A stretch of DNA of 64,000 nt from Gemmatimonadota bacterium (GTDB lineage: Bacteria; JAAXHH01): NCBI GenBank assembly GCA_026702745.1, contig JAPPBT010000058.1:72408-136407 (forward strand), written 5' to 3'. Made by a program: the position numbers and the translations under genes. Below the pieces are notes generated by a model. That model was not told the DNA's origin and did no database searches. It worked only from the letters and a program-made list of their open reading frames with translations. The first letter of the stretch is position 1, and each line of letters starts with the position of its first letter. Of this stretch, positions 35,541-45,022 are shown one piece after another.

Positions 35541-36389
35541 TCAGGCCGAACGTTTCAAATCCAATGCCTTCGCCGCCGGTCCCACCAGGAACAGCGCGTA
35601 CAGCGGAGCGTTCACGATTTCGTAAAGTCGCAGTACCATTTCCGCCAGCGCCACGAGAAAAGCCACCCCGATGCGGCCGTTGCGCGAGGAGACGGACGTA
35701 GCGGGGTCCGTGACCATGAAGAAGGCCATGAGCTGGTACATGGGGCCGGTGATGGGCGCGACTTCGGACAGAAACGGGGTTCCGGTCATTAAGGACCGCA
35801 CGTAGGCGAGCGCGACGAAGGACACGGCGTAGGTGAAGGTAACGTGAAAACGCTTCGCCCGCCAGAGGATGACCGAACCCAGCACCCAGATCACGGCCAT
35901 GGCCCAGAGGTCGTTGCCCCACTGCTCGCTCAAGGCGGCCACGGTCCCGGGCGCCGCGAAGAGCACCACGCAGATGCCCAGGTTGGATGGATTCCACAGG
36001 TGCCGGCCCCTGAAGCGGAGGACGTATTTCGACAGGATGGAAAGCAGGCTGGCGATGGCGTAGGGCCACAGGGCAAGCGACCTCAGCAGGATCCCGCAGC
36101 TGATCCCGGTGATGTACGCGCTGGCGGGGTTGAGCCACCGGCCCGTCAGCAGGCGACCCAGGGCCAGCTCCGCCGCCAGTGCCACGGCGATCGCCGTGAA
36201 CAGTTGCGACAGGTCGTGGAGGAATCCCACGTAAAGCTGGCCGAAGACCAGGATCATGGTGATCAGGCCGGAGGACAGGTACCGCGGATCGATCTGCCAT
36301 CCCGCTCCATTCGGCGGTCCCGGCGGCGGACCGGGCGTCCCGGCGCTTCCTGTCGAACCGGCCGCTGCGGCCTTTGTTGCGCCCATCAT
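35541..36389 (-). CDS. Polytopic membrane protein (~7 TM), unknown family
   Basis: ATGA overlap with the upstream FG-GAP gene. Confidence 0.5.
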   Translation of the reverse strand: MMGATKAAAAGSTGSAGTPGPPPGPPNGAGWQIDPRYLSSGLITMILVFGQLYVGFLHDLSQLFTAIAVALAAELALGRLLTGRWLNPASAYITGISCGILLRSLALWPYAIASLLSILSKYVLRFRGRHLWNPSNLGICVVLFAAPGTVAALSEQWGNDLWAMAVIWVLGSVILWRAKRFHVTFTYAVSFVALAYVRSLMTGTPFLSEVAPITGPMYQLMAFFMVTDPATSVSSRNGRIGVAFLVALAEMVLRLYEIVNAPLYALFLVGPAAKALDLKRSA

Positions 36390-38200
36390 CCCTCCGGTTC
36401 AGTTACGGTGTGCAGCCGGTTGATATCGGGACGTTCCAGCGTCTGTACTGTCCCGCCCGGCCAGCGTACCTCGACCCGTTCGACCTCGGTGGCGACCCCC
36501 AGGCCGAAATGCCGTCTCCGCTGGCTCTGGGCTGCGAAACTCGCGCTTGCCGTCACGACCTGGAGCTGTTGCCGGCCGTCCCGGAAAACCCGGACCTCCG
36601 CGCCGATGGCGCTCGCGTTGCTGCTTCTGCCCTTCAGCTCGAAGGCAATCCAAGCGTTCTCACCGTCGACCTCGTTCCTGTACAGTACCAGGGGACCGTC
36701 CTGGTTGGCCACCACCACGTCGAGCACGCCCCGGTTGAAGAGGTCTGCGAGGGCGACTCCCCTGCCGTCGTACCGGTCGGTCACGCCGACGGATTCCGCC
36801 ACGTCGTAGAAACGCCCGGTGCCGTCGTTCAGGTACAGCCTGGACCGCTCGTATCCCGACAGGCTTTGATCGCCCATAGGCGCCCAGTTCCGCACGTCCT
36901 GGAAGATGTTGTTGTTACCCATGGCGACCCGCGACATCTCGTACCAGTAGTCCTCCTCCGGATCGGCCGAGACAAAGCCGTTGGTGACGAACAGGTCCAC
37001 GAAACCGTCGTTGTTCAGGTCCCCGAACTGCGCGCCCCAGGCCCAGCCCGCGTCGGCGATCTCGCCCTCGGCGATGTTGATCATCCGGCCGTTTTCCGCG
37101 ATCAGGTTGCGGCGGAGATTGTTCCCCTGGAACAGGTAGCCCCGCTTCGAGATATTCGTCACGTACACGTCCGCGCGTCCGTCGTTGTACAGGTCGCCGA
37201 AGGCCACGTTCATACCGCTCTTGGACGTCTCTTCCAGCGAGGTCCCGGTGGCCTGCTCGAAACGCTTCCCCTCGACATTAAGGAGGAGCACCTCGGGACC
37301 GTAATCGTTGGCCAGGTACAGATCGGGCCAGCCGTCGCCGTTCAGGTCCGCCGCGCCGACGGACATGGTCCACCGCGTGCAGTCCGCCCCGTACGATTCC
37401 GTCACGTCCTCGAAACGGCCGTTACCCCGGTTCATGAAGAGATAGTTGTGGCCGCCGTTGTTCGCGTATTCGAAACTCTCCTGCATGATGCGCGTCGTCG
37501 TAACCTGCCACAGGTCATGGATTTCCGAGAAATACCCGCCCACGTAGAGATCGATCAGGCCGTCCCGGTCGACGTCCGTCCACACGGCGCTGTTGGCGTT
37601 CATCCACCGGTCGAACCCCGCCTCGGAGGTCGCGTCCTCAAAGCTTCCGTCGCCCAGGTTCCGGTACAGGCGCTGGCGCCCCCACATGTAGATGAAGACA
37701 TCCTCGAATCCGTCGTTATCGTAATCCCCCCACGCCGAGCCCATGGACACGCCGCCGTCCCCGTTCACATCGGCCAGGCCGGCCTCCCCGGCAACCTCCG
37801 AAAAACTTCCGTCGCCCAGGTTCCGGTACAGGGCGTTCGGCGTGCCCTTCCGACTGCTGGTCACGTAAAGGTCCTGCCACCCGTCGTTGTCGAAATCCAC
37901 GACCGAGACGGATGCCCCGAGGGCCGAGATATGGGGCATGATCGGGTCGAGCTGCGGATCGAGCTGCGGTTTTGCGTGGACGAAGGCAATGCCGGCCGCC
38001 GCCGTCACATCGGTCAACAGGAATCCATACCGGCCCGCGATTGCCGTGTCTGTCTCGCGCCCGTCTGCCTGGCGTACGTCTGTCTCACGTACGTCTACGT
38101 CTCGGGACAGCCACCGGTCGAAGAAAAAGGGCGAAATGATCAGTATGATGAACAGCGCGGTCGCCGATGTCCGTATTGTACTGGAGGAGGCTGGTGACAT
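36386..38200 (-). CDS. Secreted FG-GAP/VCBS-repeat protein with a C-terminal ASPIC/UnbV-like domain (CRTAC1-like)
   Basis: Repeated DxDGDGxxD-like motifs (DFDNDGWQDLYV, DYDNDGFEDVF, DLNGDGWPDLY, DLNNDGFVDLF), signal peptide, 604 aa from ATG 38200. Confidence 0.7.
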   Translation of the reverse strand: MSPASSSTIRTSATALFIILIISPFFFDRWLSRDVDVRETDVRQADGRETDTAIAGRYGFLLTDVTAAAGIAFVHAKPQLDPQLDPIMPHISALGASVSVVDFDNDGWQDLYVTSSRKGTPNALYRNLGDGSFSEVAGEAGLADVNGDGGVSMGSAWGDYDNDGFEDVFIYMWGRQRLYRNLGDGSFEDATSEAGFDRWMNANSAVWTDVDRDGLIDLYVGGYFSEIHDLWQVTTTRIMQESFEYANNGGHNYLFMNRGNGRFEDVTESYGADCTRWTMSVGAADLNGDGWPDLYLANDYGPEVLLLNVEGKRFEQATGTSLEETSKSGMNVAFGDLYNDGRADVYVTNISKRGYLFQGNNLRRNLIAENGRMINIAEGEIADAGWAWGAQFGDLNNDGFVDLFVTNGFVSADPEEDYWYEMSRVAMGNNNIFQDVRNWAPMGDQSLSGYERSRLYLNDGTGRFYDVAESVGVTDRYDGRGVALADLFNRGVLDVVVANQDGPLVLYRNEVDGENAWIAFELKGRSSNASAIGAEVRVFRDGRQQLQVVTASASFAAQSQRRRHFGLGVATEVERVEVRWPGGTVQTLERPDINRLHTVTEPEG

Positions 38201-38411
38201 GGCCTGAAGGGGCAAGAAATCCAGCGGGTGGACAGACGGGAATGCCACGTGTATTACGAATGGTCCGGGTGCCGTTTCAAGGTAGAAACCCGGCACTGGC
38301 CTGTCAAGATGCATTGACACGCCGGACCGGAAGCACTATAAACTCACCGACAGCCCGATCCGCAGATCGATCGAAGTTCACGCAGCGAATCATACTCTAC
38401 CGGAGTGATCA

Positions 38412-39209
38412 ATGAGTACTTACCCTGTGCGCGCCATCCCATCGCTTCTTCTGCTTGCCTGCCTGTGTGCCGTTACTGTGCACACCCATGCCCAGACCTC
38501 CCTGCTGGACCGGATCCAGGAACGGGGCGAGATCCGAATCGGGACCACCGGCGACTACAAGCCTTTCACCTATCTGAATCCGGAGACCGCAACCTACGAG
38601 GGCATGGACATCGAAGCGGCGCATCTGCTGGGTGAAGCCCTCGGCGTCAGCGTACGATTCGTCCCCACGACCTGGAGCAACCTGTCCGAAGATACCCTGA
38701 ACGACCGGTTCGACCTGGCCATGGGCGGGATTACGCGGACGCTGACACGTCAGAAAGTCCTGGCACTTACCGACCCCTATGTCACCATCGGTAAATCGGC
38801 GCTCATCAGAAAGTCCGACCGCAACCGTTTCAGGGGCCTGCAGGACATGGACCGGCCCTGGGTACGGATCGGAGTAAACCACGGCGGTACCAACGAAGCC
38901 TTCGTGCGGGCCAACATCCGGCAGGCCACGATCGTCATGTTCGAAAACAACCTGGACGTCCAGCCGGCCGTGGCGGAGGGGGACGTGGACGTGATGTTCA
39001 CGGACAACGTGGAAGCGGTGATCTACGCGAGACAGAATCCCCTGCTTTACGCCCTCGACCCGGACAAGCCGTTGACCCGTGAGGACCTGGGCTACATGAC
39101 CGTCCGCGGCGACCAGCCCTTCATCAACTTCCTGAACCTGTGGCTGTACCAGATGAGTCAGAAGGGTACGCTGGACGAGCTGAGGAGCAAATGGATCGGG
39201 GAGTACTGA
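38412..39209 (+). CDS. Periplasmic solute-binding protein, family 3 (amino-acid ABC-type binding protein fold)
   Basis: Signal peptide, RIGTTGDYKPFTY...; 265 aa. Confidence 0.7.
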   Translation: MSTYPVRAIPSLLLLACLCAVTVHTHAQTSLLDRIQERGEIRIGTTGDYKPFTYLNPETATYEGMDIEAAHLLGEALGVSVRFVPTTWSNLSEDTLNDRFDLAMGGITRTLTRQKVLALTDPYVTIGKSALIRKSDRNRFRGLQDMDRPWVRIGVNHGGTNEAFVRANIRQATIVMFENNLDVQPAVAEGDVDVMFTDNVEAVIYARQNPLLYALDPDKPLTREDLGYMTVRGDQPFINFLNLWLYQMSQKGTLDELRSKWIGEY

Positions 39210-39297
39210 TAGAGGATTTCTGATATAATTATATTGCGATTTCGCCTTTCCCGCCCTATCTTAGGTGCGGCCTTATTCAAATCCCAAAATCCTGAAC

Positions 39298-39303
39298 AAG
39301 GAG
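39298..39303 (+). promoter_or_regulatory. Shine-Dalgarno AAGGAG, 7 nt upstream of the TTG start of pyrG
   Basis: AAGGAGcgagtctTTG. Confidence 0.5.
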
Positions 39304-39310
39304 CGAGTCT

Positions 39311-41095
39311 TTGGCCGGTGCCCCGGACTATAGCGACGATGTGTTTTTTGATGAAGTCGACCTGGACGCCCACAGCGCCAGGACCGTAGAGTCCGAGGCC
39401 ATCGAATTCTTCCCCACCGACTACCGCATCGGCCGGACCAAGTACATCTTCGTCACCGGCGGCGTCATGTCCGGCGTGGGCAAGGGCGTCTTCAGCGCCT
39501 CCCTCGGACACCTGCTCAAGCATTACGGATTCACGGTCTCCCAGATCAAGATCGACGGCTACCTGAACCAGGACGCCGGCACCATCAACCCCTATCGCCA
39601 CGGGGAAGTGTTCGTGCTCGAGGACGGCACTGAATGCGACATGGACCTGGGCACCTACGAACGCTTCCTCGACGATAACCTGAACCGGAACAACTACATC
39701 ACATCGGGCCGGGTGTACCGGATCATCCTCGACAAGGAACGGCGGGGCGAGTACCTCGGCCGTGACGTGCAGGTCGTGCCCCACGTGACGGGTGAGATCA
39801 AGAACCTGATCCGGACCAAGGCCCACGAGGGACCCTACGACATCCTGGTCGTCGAGATCGGCGGCACCGTCGGGGATATCGAGAACATCCATTTCATCGA
39901 GGCCGCCCGCGAGATGCTTTACGACGAGGGACGGGACAACGTCATGTCGGTCCACGTCACGCAGGTGCCCTACAACGCGTCCGCCGGGGAACTGAAGACC
40001 AAGCCCACGCAACACAGCGTCAAGGCGCTGCTGCAGCTGGGCATCCAGCCCGATATCGTGGTGTGCCGCTCGGCCATACCCCTGAACAAGAGCGTCCGCC
40101 AGAAGATCAGCCTCTTCTGCAACATCGCCGAGGACCGCGTGGTCAGCAGTCCGGACACGGATTCCATCTACCGGGTGCCGGCCCTGCTCGACCGCCAGGA
40201 GACGGTGCAGATCGTCGCCGACAAGCTCAACGTCAACCTCCCGCAGCGTACCGACCAGCGTCCCGAGATGTTTGACATTTACCTGAAGTACCTTTCGGGA
40301 AGCCATCCTGAAATACGGATCGCCATCACCGGAAAGTACACGGCCCTGCACGATTCCTACGTGAGCATCCTGAACGCCCTGGACCACAGCAAGGTCGCCG
40401 TGGGCGCTGAGATCGCCACCGAGTGGATAGACACGACCGATTTCTCGAGTGATCAGGCGCTGGACGAGGGCATGCTGGACGGGATTTCAGGGATCATCGT
40501 GCCCGGCGGCTTCGGAGAGCGGGGCGCCGAGGGCAAGATACGGTTCATTCAGTACGCCAGGGAGAACGGGTTGCCGTTCCTGGGCCTGTGCTACGGCTTC
40601 CAGCTGGCCGTGGTGGAGTTCGCGCGCAACGCGTGCGGCATGCTGGAAGCCGCCCACGCGGAATTCGACGCGGAGACGGAAACGCCGGTCATCTACCTGT
40701 TGCCCGACCAGCGGAAACTGACCGGCATGGGGGCAACGATGCGGCTCGGAGGACACGAAGTGAAAGTGAAGGCCGGCACGGAAGCCCACCGCTGCTACGG
40801 ATCGGAAGCGGCCGTCGAACGGTTCCGCCACCGGTACGAGTTCAACAACCAGTACCGGGAACTTATCGAGCACAAGGGCATGGTGTTCTCGGGCATGACG
40901 CCCGACGAGGAGATCATGCAGATCCTGGAAATCCCCACGCACCCCTTCTTCGTAGGAACCCAGTTCCACCCCGAGTTGACCAGCCGTCCCTACAGACCCC
41001 ACCCCTTGTTCAGAGGCCTGGTGCAGGCCGCATTGACATACGCGGAATCAGCGGAAGACCGGCAGGTGGCCATGGAGGCCGGGCAAGCGGAATAG
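39311..41095 (+). CDS. pyrG: CTP synthase, with a ~40-aa N-terminal extension and apparent TTG start
   Basis: KYIFVTGGVMSGVGKG, glutaminase GLCYGFQ; no in-frame ATG/GTG near the canonical N-terminus. Confidence 0.9.
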   Translation: MAGAPDYSDDVFFDEVDLDAHSARTVESEAIEFFPTDYRIGRTKYIFVTGGVMSGVGKGVFSASLGHLLKHYGFTVSQIKIDGYLNQDAGTINPYRHGEVFVLEDGTECDMDLGTYERFLDDNLNRNNYITSGRVYRIILDKERRGEYLGRDVQVVPHVTGEIKNLIRTKAHEGPYDILVVEIGGTVGDIENIHFIEAAREMLYDEGRDNVMSVHVTQVPYNASAGELKTKPTQHSVKALLQLGIQPDIVVCRSAIPLNKSVRQKISLFCNIAEDRVVSSPDTDSIYRVPALLDRQETVQIVADKLNVNLPQRTDQRPEMFDIYLKYLSGSHPEIRIAITGKYTALHDSYVSILNALDHSKVAVGAEIATEWIDTTDFSSDQALDEGMLDGISGIIVPGGFGERGAEGKIRFIQYARENGLPFLGLCYGFQLAVVEFARNACGMLEAAHAEFDAETETPVIYLLPDQRKLTGMGATMRLGGHEVKVKAGTEAHRCYGSEAAVERFRHRYEFNNQYRELIEHKGMVFSGMTPDEEIMQILEIPTHPFFVGTQFHPELTSRPYRPHPLFRGLVQAALTYAESAEDRQVAMEAGQAE

Positions 41096-41163
41096 CGGGA
41101 AGTTGGTCAGTTGGACGTGCGTTCGGTCAGGTCTGGCAGGTACCCGAAAAACAGACTACAGGT

Positions 41164-41409
41164 TCAGTTGGCCTGTTTCGTCAGCCTGGACTTGATGCGG
41201 GCGGCGGTCCGCCGGTGCATCACGCCGCGCTTGACGGCTTTGTCCAGCTTGGAATAGGCCTGTCCGAGCAGCCCGGGCGCCGCTTTGGCGTCCGTGTTAG
41301 CGCGCAGGCGCTTGATGGCGGTTCGGAGGGCGGACTTGACCGTGGCGTTGCGCCGCTGACGAACGCTTTCCTGGCGCAAACGCTTTTTGGATGAAACGAG
41401 GGTAGGCAA
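41164..41409 (-). CDS. rpsT: 30S ribosomal protein S20
   Basis: Basic 81-aa helical protein, S20-like. Confidence 0.9.
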   Translation of the reverse strand: MPTLVSSKKRLRQESVRQRRNATVKSALRTAIKRLRANTDAKAAPGLLGQAYSKLDKAVKRGVMHRRTAARIKSRLTKQAN

Positions 41410-41641
41410 CTTTTACTCCCTTAAATACGCTGAATCGTCAATGCACCGCCCGGCGTTCCGACCGAAGCGGCCTGTCGTGATACGGTCCGTTGTGTTGCGG
41501 CCGGTTGTTTTGCAGCCGGTCTTCGGCTCGCAAGGTCCTGTAGAAATCAGCATCAAATTAGCTGGCGAGCCGCCGGAAGTCAAGGTTAAATTGAATCCCG
41601 GCGCCAGACCTCTCGAATCCACGTAACGGACGACCCTTAAC

Positions 41642-43477
41642 ATGGCTGTCGAACCGACGGAAATCGAAAAGAAGCTCAAGTCGCTCCCCGGCAAACCGGG
41701 CGTGTACCTGATGAAAGACGCCCGGTCGCGCATCATCTACGTGGGCAAGACCCGTGCGCTGCGGCAGCGGATCCGCTCTTATTTCCAGAAGACCCGTCTC
41801 ACGGCGCCCAAGGCCGTCGCCCTGGCCAGCCGGATCCGTGACTTCGACTACGTGGCCACCGAGTCGGAGGTCGACGCGCTGCTCCTGGAAGACCATCTCA
41901 TCAAGGAGCACAAGCCGAAATACAACGTGATGCTGCGCGACGACAAGTCCTTTCCCTTCATCATGGTGACCAACGAGGCCTTTCCGCGGGTCGTGGTAAC
42001 GCGCAATGTCCGGCAGGACGGGGCCCGGTACTTCGGCCCCTACACCAACGTGAAGGCCATGCGAAGGACGATCGACCTGGTCCGGAAGGTCTTCCCGCTT
42101 CGCACCTGTCCCAGCGCGAAGGCGTGGCCGTCCATGGACCGGCCCTGCCTCGATTACTACATCGACCGCTGTCCCGGTCCGTGCAAGGGACACATCGGCG
42201 AGGAAGGATACGGCGAGATCATCGAGCAGGTTTGCCAGTTTCTCACGGGCAGGACGAAGGACCTGCTGAAACAGTTAAAGGTACGGATGGCGCAGGCATC
42301 AGAGCAGTTGCAGTTCGAACTGGCGGGACGCATTCGCGACCAGATCGTCGCCATCGAGAAGACGACGATCCGCCAACGGGCTTTTTCAAGCAGGGAATTG
42401 GACCGGGACATCATCGGACTCGCCAGGAACGGGACCGACGTGTGCGGAGCGGTCCTGCAGGTCAGGGAGGGCAAACTGCTGGGCAAGGAGCACTTCTTCC
42501 TGACCGCGCCGGAGGAGTCCACGGAACCGGAGACACTGGGCGCCTTCCTGACCCAGTACTACCTCGCCGCGCAGCTCTGGCCCGACGAGATCCTCCTGAG
42601 CGGCGAACCGGACGGCTTGGAGACCTTCCGGGAATGGATGGCCCGGCAGCGTGGATCCAAAGTCGAAATCGCCGTGCCCCGCCGGGGCGACAAGGCCGCC
42701 ATGGTCCGGCTTGCCGTGCAGAACGCCGAACTGCAGCTGAACACCCACGCCTTGAAACGGGCCGAAGCCCGGGTTCGCCGCAGCATGCCGGCCTCGGTGG
42801 GATCCCTGCAGGAAATCCTCGGACTCGAGACGCCCCCACGGCGCGTGGAGACCTTCGACATCTCCAATATCCAGGGTTCGGACCCGGTGGCCTCCATGGT
42901 CTGCTTCGTGGACGGCCGGCCCCGCAAGTCGGACTACCGGAAATTCAAGGTCAGGGACGTGATCGGCCCCAATGACTTCGCCATGATGCAGGAGGTGGTC
43001 GGCCGGCGGTACCGGCGGCTGATCGACGAGAACAAGCCCCTGCCGGACCTCATACTCATCGACGGCGGCAAGGGACAGCTTTCCAGCGTACGGCAGGTCC
43101 TGAACGAACTGGGCCTGGTCGACCTGCCGGTCATCGGCCTGGCGAAGCGCCTGGAGGAAGTCTTCCGTCCGGGCCAGTCCGAACCGATCCTCGTCCCCCG
43201 GTCCTCCCCGGCCCTGAAGATGCTCATGCAGGCCCGGGACGAAGCCCACCGTTTCGCCGTGACCTTTCACCGGCAGCAACGGGGAAGGCGCATGATCCGT
43301 TCGGAACTGGACAACATACCGGGGGTGGGGCCGAAACGGAAACAGCAGTTGATCCTGGCCCTCGGTTCCGTGGAGAACATCCGGAAATGCACCGAGGAGG
43401 AACTCAGGACGGTCCAGGGCGTGGGCAAGGACGCGGCGCGGAAGGTGTTCCGGTATTTCCATCCGGAGGTATCTTGA
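41642..43477 (+). CDS. uvrC: Excinuclease ABC subunit C
   Basis: GIY-YIG N-terminus (PGVYLMKDARSRIIYVGKTRALRQR), UvrBC motif, C-terminal HhH. Confidence 0.9.
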   Translation: MAVEPTEIEKKLKSLPGKPGVYLMKDARSRIIYVGKTRALRQRIRSYFQKTRLTAPKAVALASRIRDFDYVATESEVDALLLEDHLIKEHKPKYNVMLRDDKSFPFIMVTNEAFPRVVVTRNVRQDGARYFGPYTNVKAMRRTIDLVRKVFPLRTCPSAKAWPSMDRPCLDYYIDRCPGPCKGHIGEEGYGEIIEQVCQFLTGRTKDLLKQLKVRMAQASEQLQFELAGRIRDQIVAIEKTTIRQRAFSSRELDRDIIGLARNGTDVCGAVLQVREGKLLGKEHFFLTAPEESTEPETLGAFLTQYYLAAQLWPDEILLSGEPDGLETFREWMARQRGSKVEIAVPRRGDKAAMVRLAVQNAELQLNTHALKRAEARVRRSMPASVGSLQEILGLETPPRRVETFDISNIQGSDPVASMVCFVDGRPRKSDYRKFKVRDVIGPNDFAMMQEVVGRRYRRLIDENKPLPDLILIDGGKGQLSSVRQVLNELGLVDLPVIGLAKRLEEVFRPGQSEPILVPRSSPALKMLMQARDEAHRFAVTFHRQQRGRRMIRSELDNIPGVGPKRKQQLILALGSVENIRKCTEEELRTVQGVGKDAARKVFRYFHPEVS

Positions 43478-43767
43478 ATGGTACGTAACGGGCAGGCGGC
43501 TGCGGCTCGATACGGCGCGGAATCAGATTGCGTGGGAGGAAGGAACGGCTTAGTATGTCTGTAACGGCGTCCGGGTTTAAGTTTGAATACTTTCGGCGCG
43601 GTTTTTGAATACTCCAATGGATTCGGATGGACCGGATGGCCGCCGGATCGCAGCCGGATCGATTAAAACACAATGACAGCAATATGACGCCATCGCATCG
43701 GCGTCGGGTTCCGGAGGATACATACGTGGGCAAGGTTCTAAGGTCATACGAGTTGCTGGAAGAACGC

Positions 43768-44079
43768 ATGAAGGAAATCTACTTCGATTTCTACCGGGAG
43801 ACCTACCGGGAGGGCACGGCACTCGACAACAAGACCAAGGAACTGATCGCCATCGCCGCGTCGCTGAGCGCCGGATGCCAGAACTGCCTGGAAGGCCATC
43901 TCAAGAAGGCCATGAAGTACGGCGCCGACGGCGCTGAGATCCGGGAAGCCGTGGCCATCGCCGTGGGGGTGGCGGCCGCCACGATCGTGGACCGCAGCGA
44001 CCTGGCGAATTTCGAGATGAATTTCAATGAACTGCTCAAGAAAGCGACCGGGGCCGAGAAGGCAGGCAGCAAGACCTGA
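43768..44079 (+). CDS. Carboxymuconolactone decarboxylase / AhpD-like family protein
   Basis: CxxC-containing AhpD-like core (SLSAGCQNCLEGHLKKA); start uncertain (ORF extends back to 43627). Confidence 0.55.
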   Translation: MKEIYFDFYRETYREGTALDNKTKELIAIAASLSAGCQNCLEGHLKKAMKYGADGAEIREAVAIAVGVAAATIVDRSDLANFEMNFNELLKKATGAEKAGSKT

Positions 44080-44215
44080 GTTCCCAAGGCTGGGTCGGGC
44101 GCCGGGGTCGGATCGGGACGGGTTCGCGTCCCGGGTACCTGTCTTATGATATTCGAGGGTTCAAGATATCAGGTACGGTCGGTATAGAAAACGATCGACT
44201 GAATGGGAGGAAAGC

Positions 44216-44941
44216 GTGAAGAGAATGTTCTCAATGTTTTTATGCACAATGTTTGCCGCGGCCTTCGTATTTTCCAACGTACAGGCGCAGACCGCGGACC
44301 AGGGCCAGGAGCCCCTGACCGACGACGAGAAGAAGATCGTCGCCTACATCATGAAGCAGGTCTCCGAATCCAAGGCCGGCAAGCCGAACTTCGGTCCGGA
44401 AACGGCCATGGCCGTTTACAGTGAACTGGGAATCCAGGTCACCCCTAACATGGTTCCCCGCGTACGGGCGGCCGTCGTGGCCGAGTTGAAGGCCATCGAG
44501 GCCCGTCTCATGCTGAAGGAAGGCAGCGCCGCGCCCGATTTCAACCTGCCGGTCCTGGGCGGCGGTGAGGCCAGTCTATCCGCGTTGAAGGGGAAGGTGG
44601 TCGTGGTGAACTTCTGGGCCACCTGGTGCCCGCCCTGTCTCGTGGAGATGCCGATGCTGAGCGAACTCTACGAGACCTACCGGGACCAGGGGTTGGAGGT
44701 GCTCGGACTTTCCCTCGACGAAGAGGGGCTTCCCATTACGAAACCTTTCGTCGAAAAGCTGAACGTATCCTATCCCATCGTGGAAGCGGACCGGAAGACC
44801 TACCAGGCCTACGGCAACGTGCTGACCATACCCCACACCTTCGTGATCGATCGTGAAGGCACTGTCACGAAGCGGTTCGTCAACAACCAGACGAAAGACG
44901 CATTCGAAGCCGCGATCAAGGCCGCGCTCGCGAAGAAGTAG
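44216..44941 (+). CDS. TlpA/ResA-like thiol-disulfide oxidoreductase (thioredoxin fold), secreted
   Basis: Signal peptide, WATWCPPC active site. Confidence 0.75.
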   Translation: MKRMFSMFLCTMFAAAFVFSNVQAQTADQGQEPLTDDEKKIVAYIMKQVSESKAGKPNFGPETAMAVYSELGIQVTPNMVPRVRAAVVAELKAIEARLMLKEGSAAPDFNLPVLGGGEASLSALKGKVVVVNFWATWCPPCLVEMPMLSELYETYRDQGLEVLGLSLDEEGLPITKPFVEKLNVSYPIVEADRKTYQAYGNVLTIPHTFVIDREGTVTKRFVNNQTKDAFEAAIKAALAKK

Positions 44942-45022
44942 ACGGGCTGGAGTCCCGGGGCTGACAGGCCAGCGTCCCGGGGCATGCCACGGGACCGTCT
45001 ATCGGTCCGCCGTTCCGTTCGC

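Noticed and set aside
35524-36300. N-terminal 259 codons of the long ORF 34510-36300
   Set aside because: This is an out-of-frame read-through of the upstream membrane-protein gene. The real oxidoreductase begins at ATG 35523 with a strong RBS and the canonical GxGxxG N-terminus.
36374-38197. 607-aa ORF antisense to the FG-GAP protein
   Set aside because: It is a shadow of the FG-GAP gene, which shows repeated DxDGDG motifs in its own frame.
39158-40387. 409-aa ORF antisense to pyrG
   Set aside because: pyrG is unambiguous, so this is a shadow ORF.
41410-41641. tRNA or small RNA in the rpsT/uvrC intergenic region, and the 79-aa ORF 41387-41626
   Set aside because: I could find no cloverleaf-compatible arms. 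The ORF is Arg/Pro-rich with no start context, so this is probably only a divergent promoter region.
44942-45022. Bidirectional terminator between the tlpA-like gene and the enolase-family gene
   Set aside because: The region contains direct repeats (ctatcggtccgcc x2, gtcccgggg x2) but no convincing inverted repeat followed by a T-tract.
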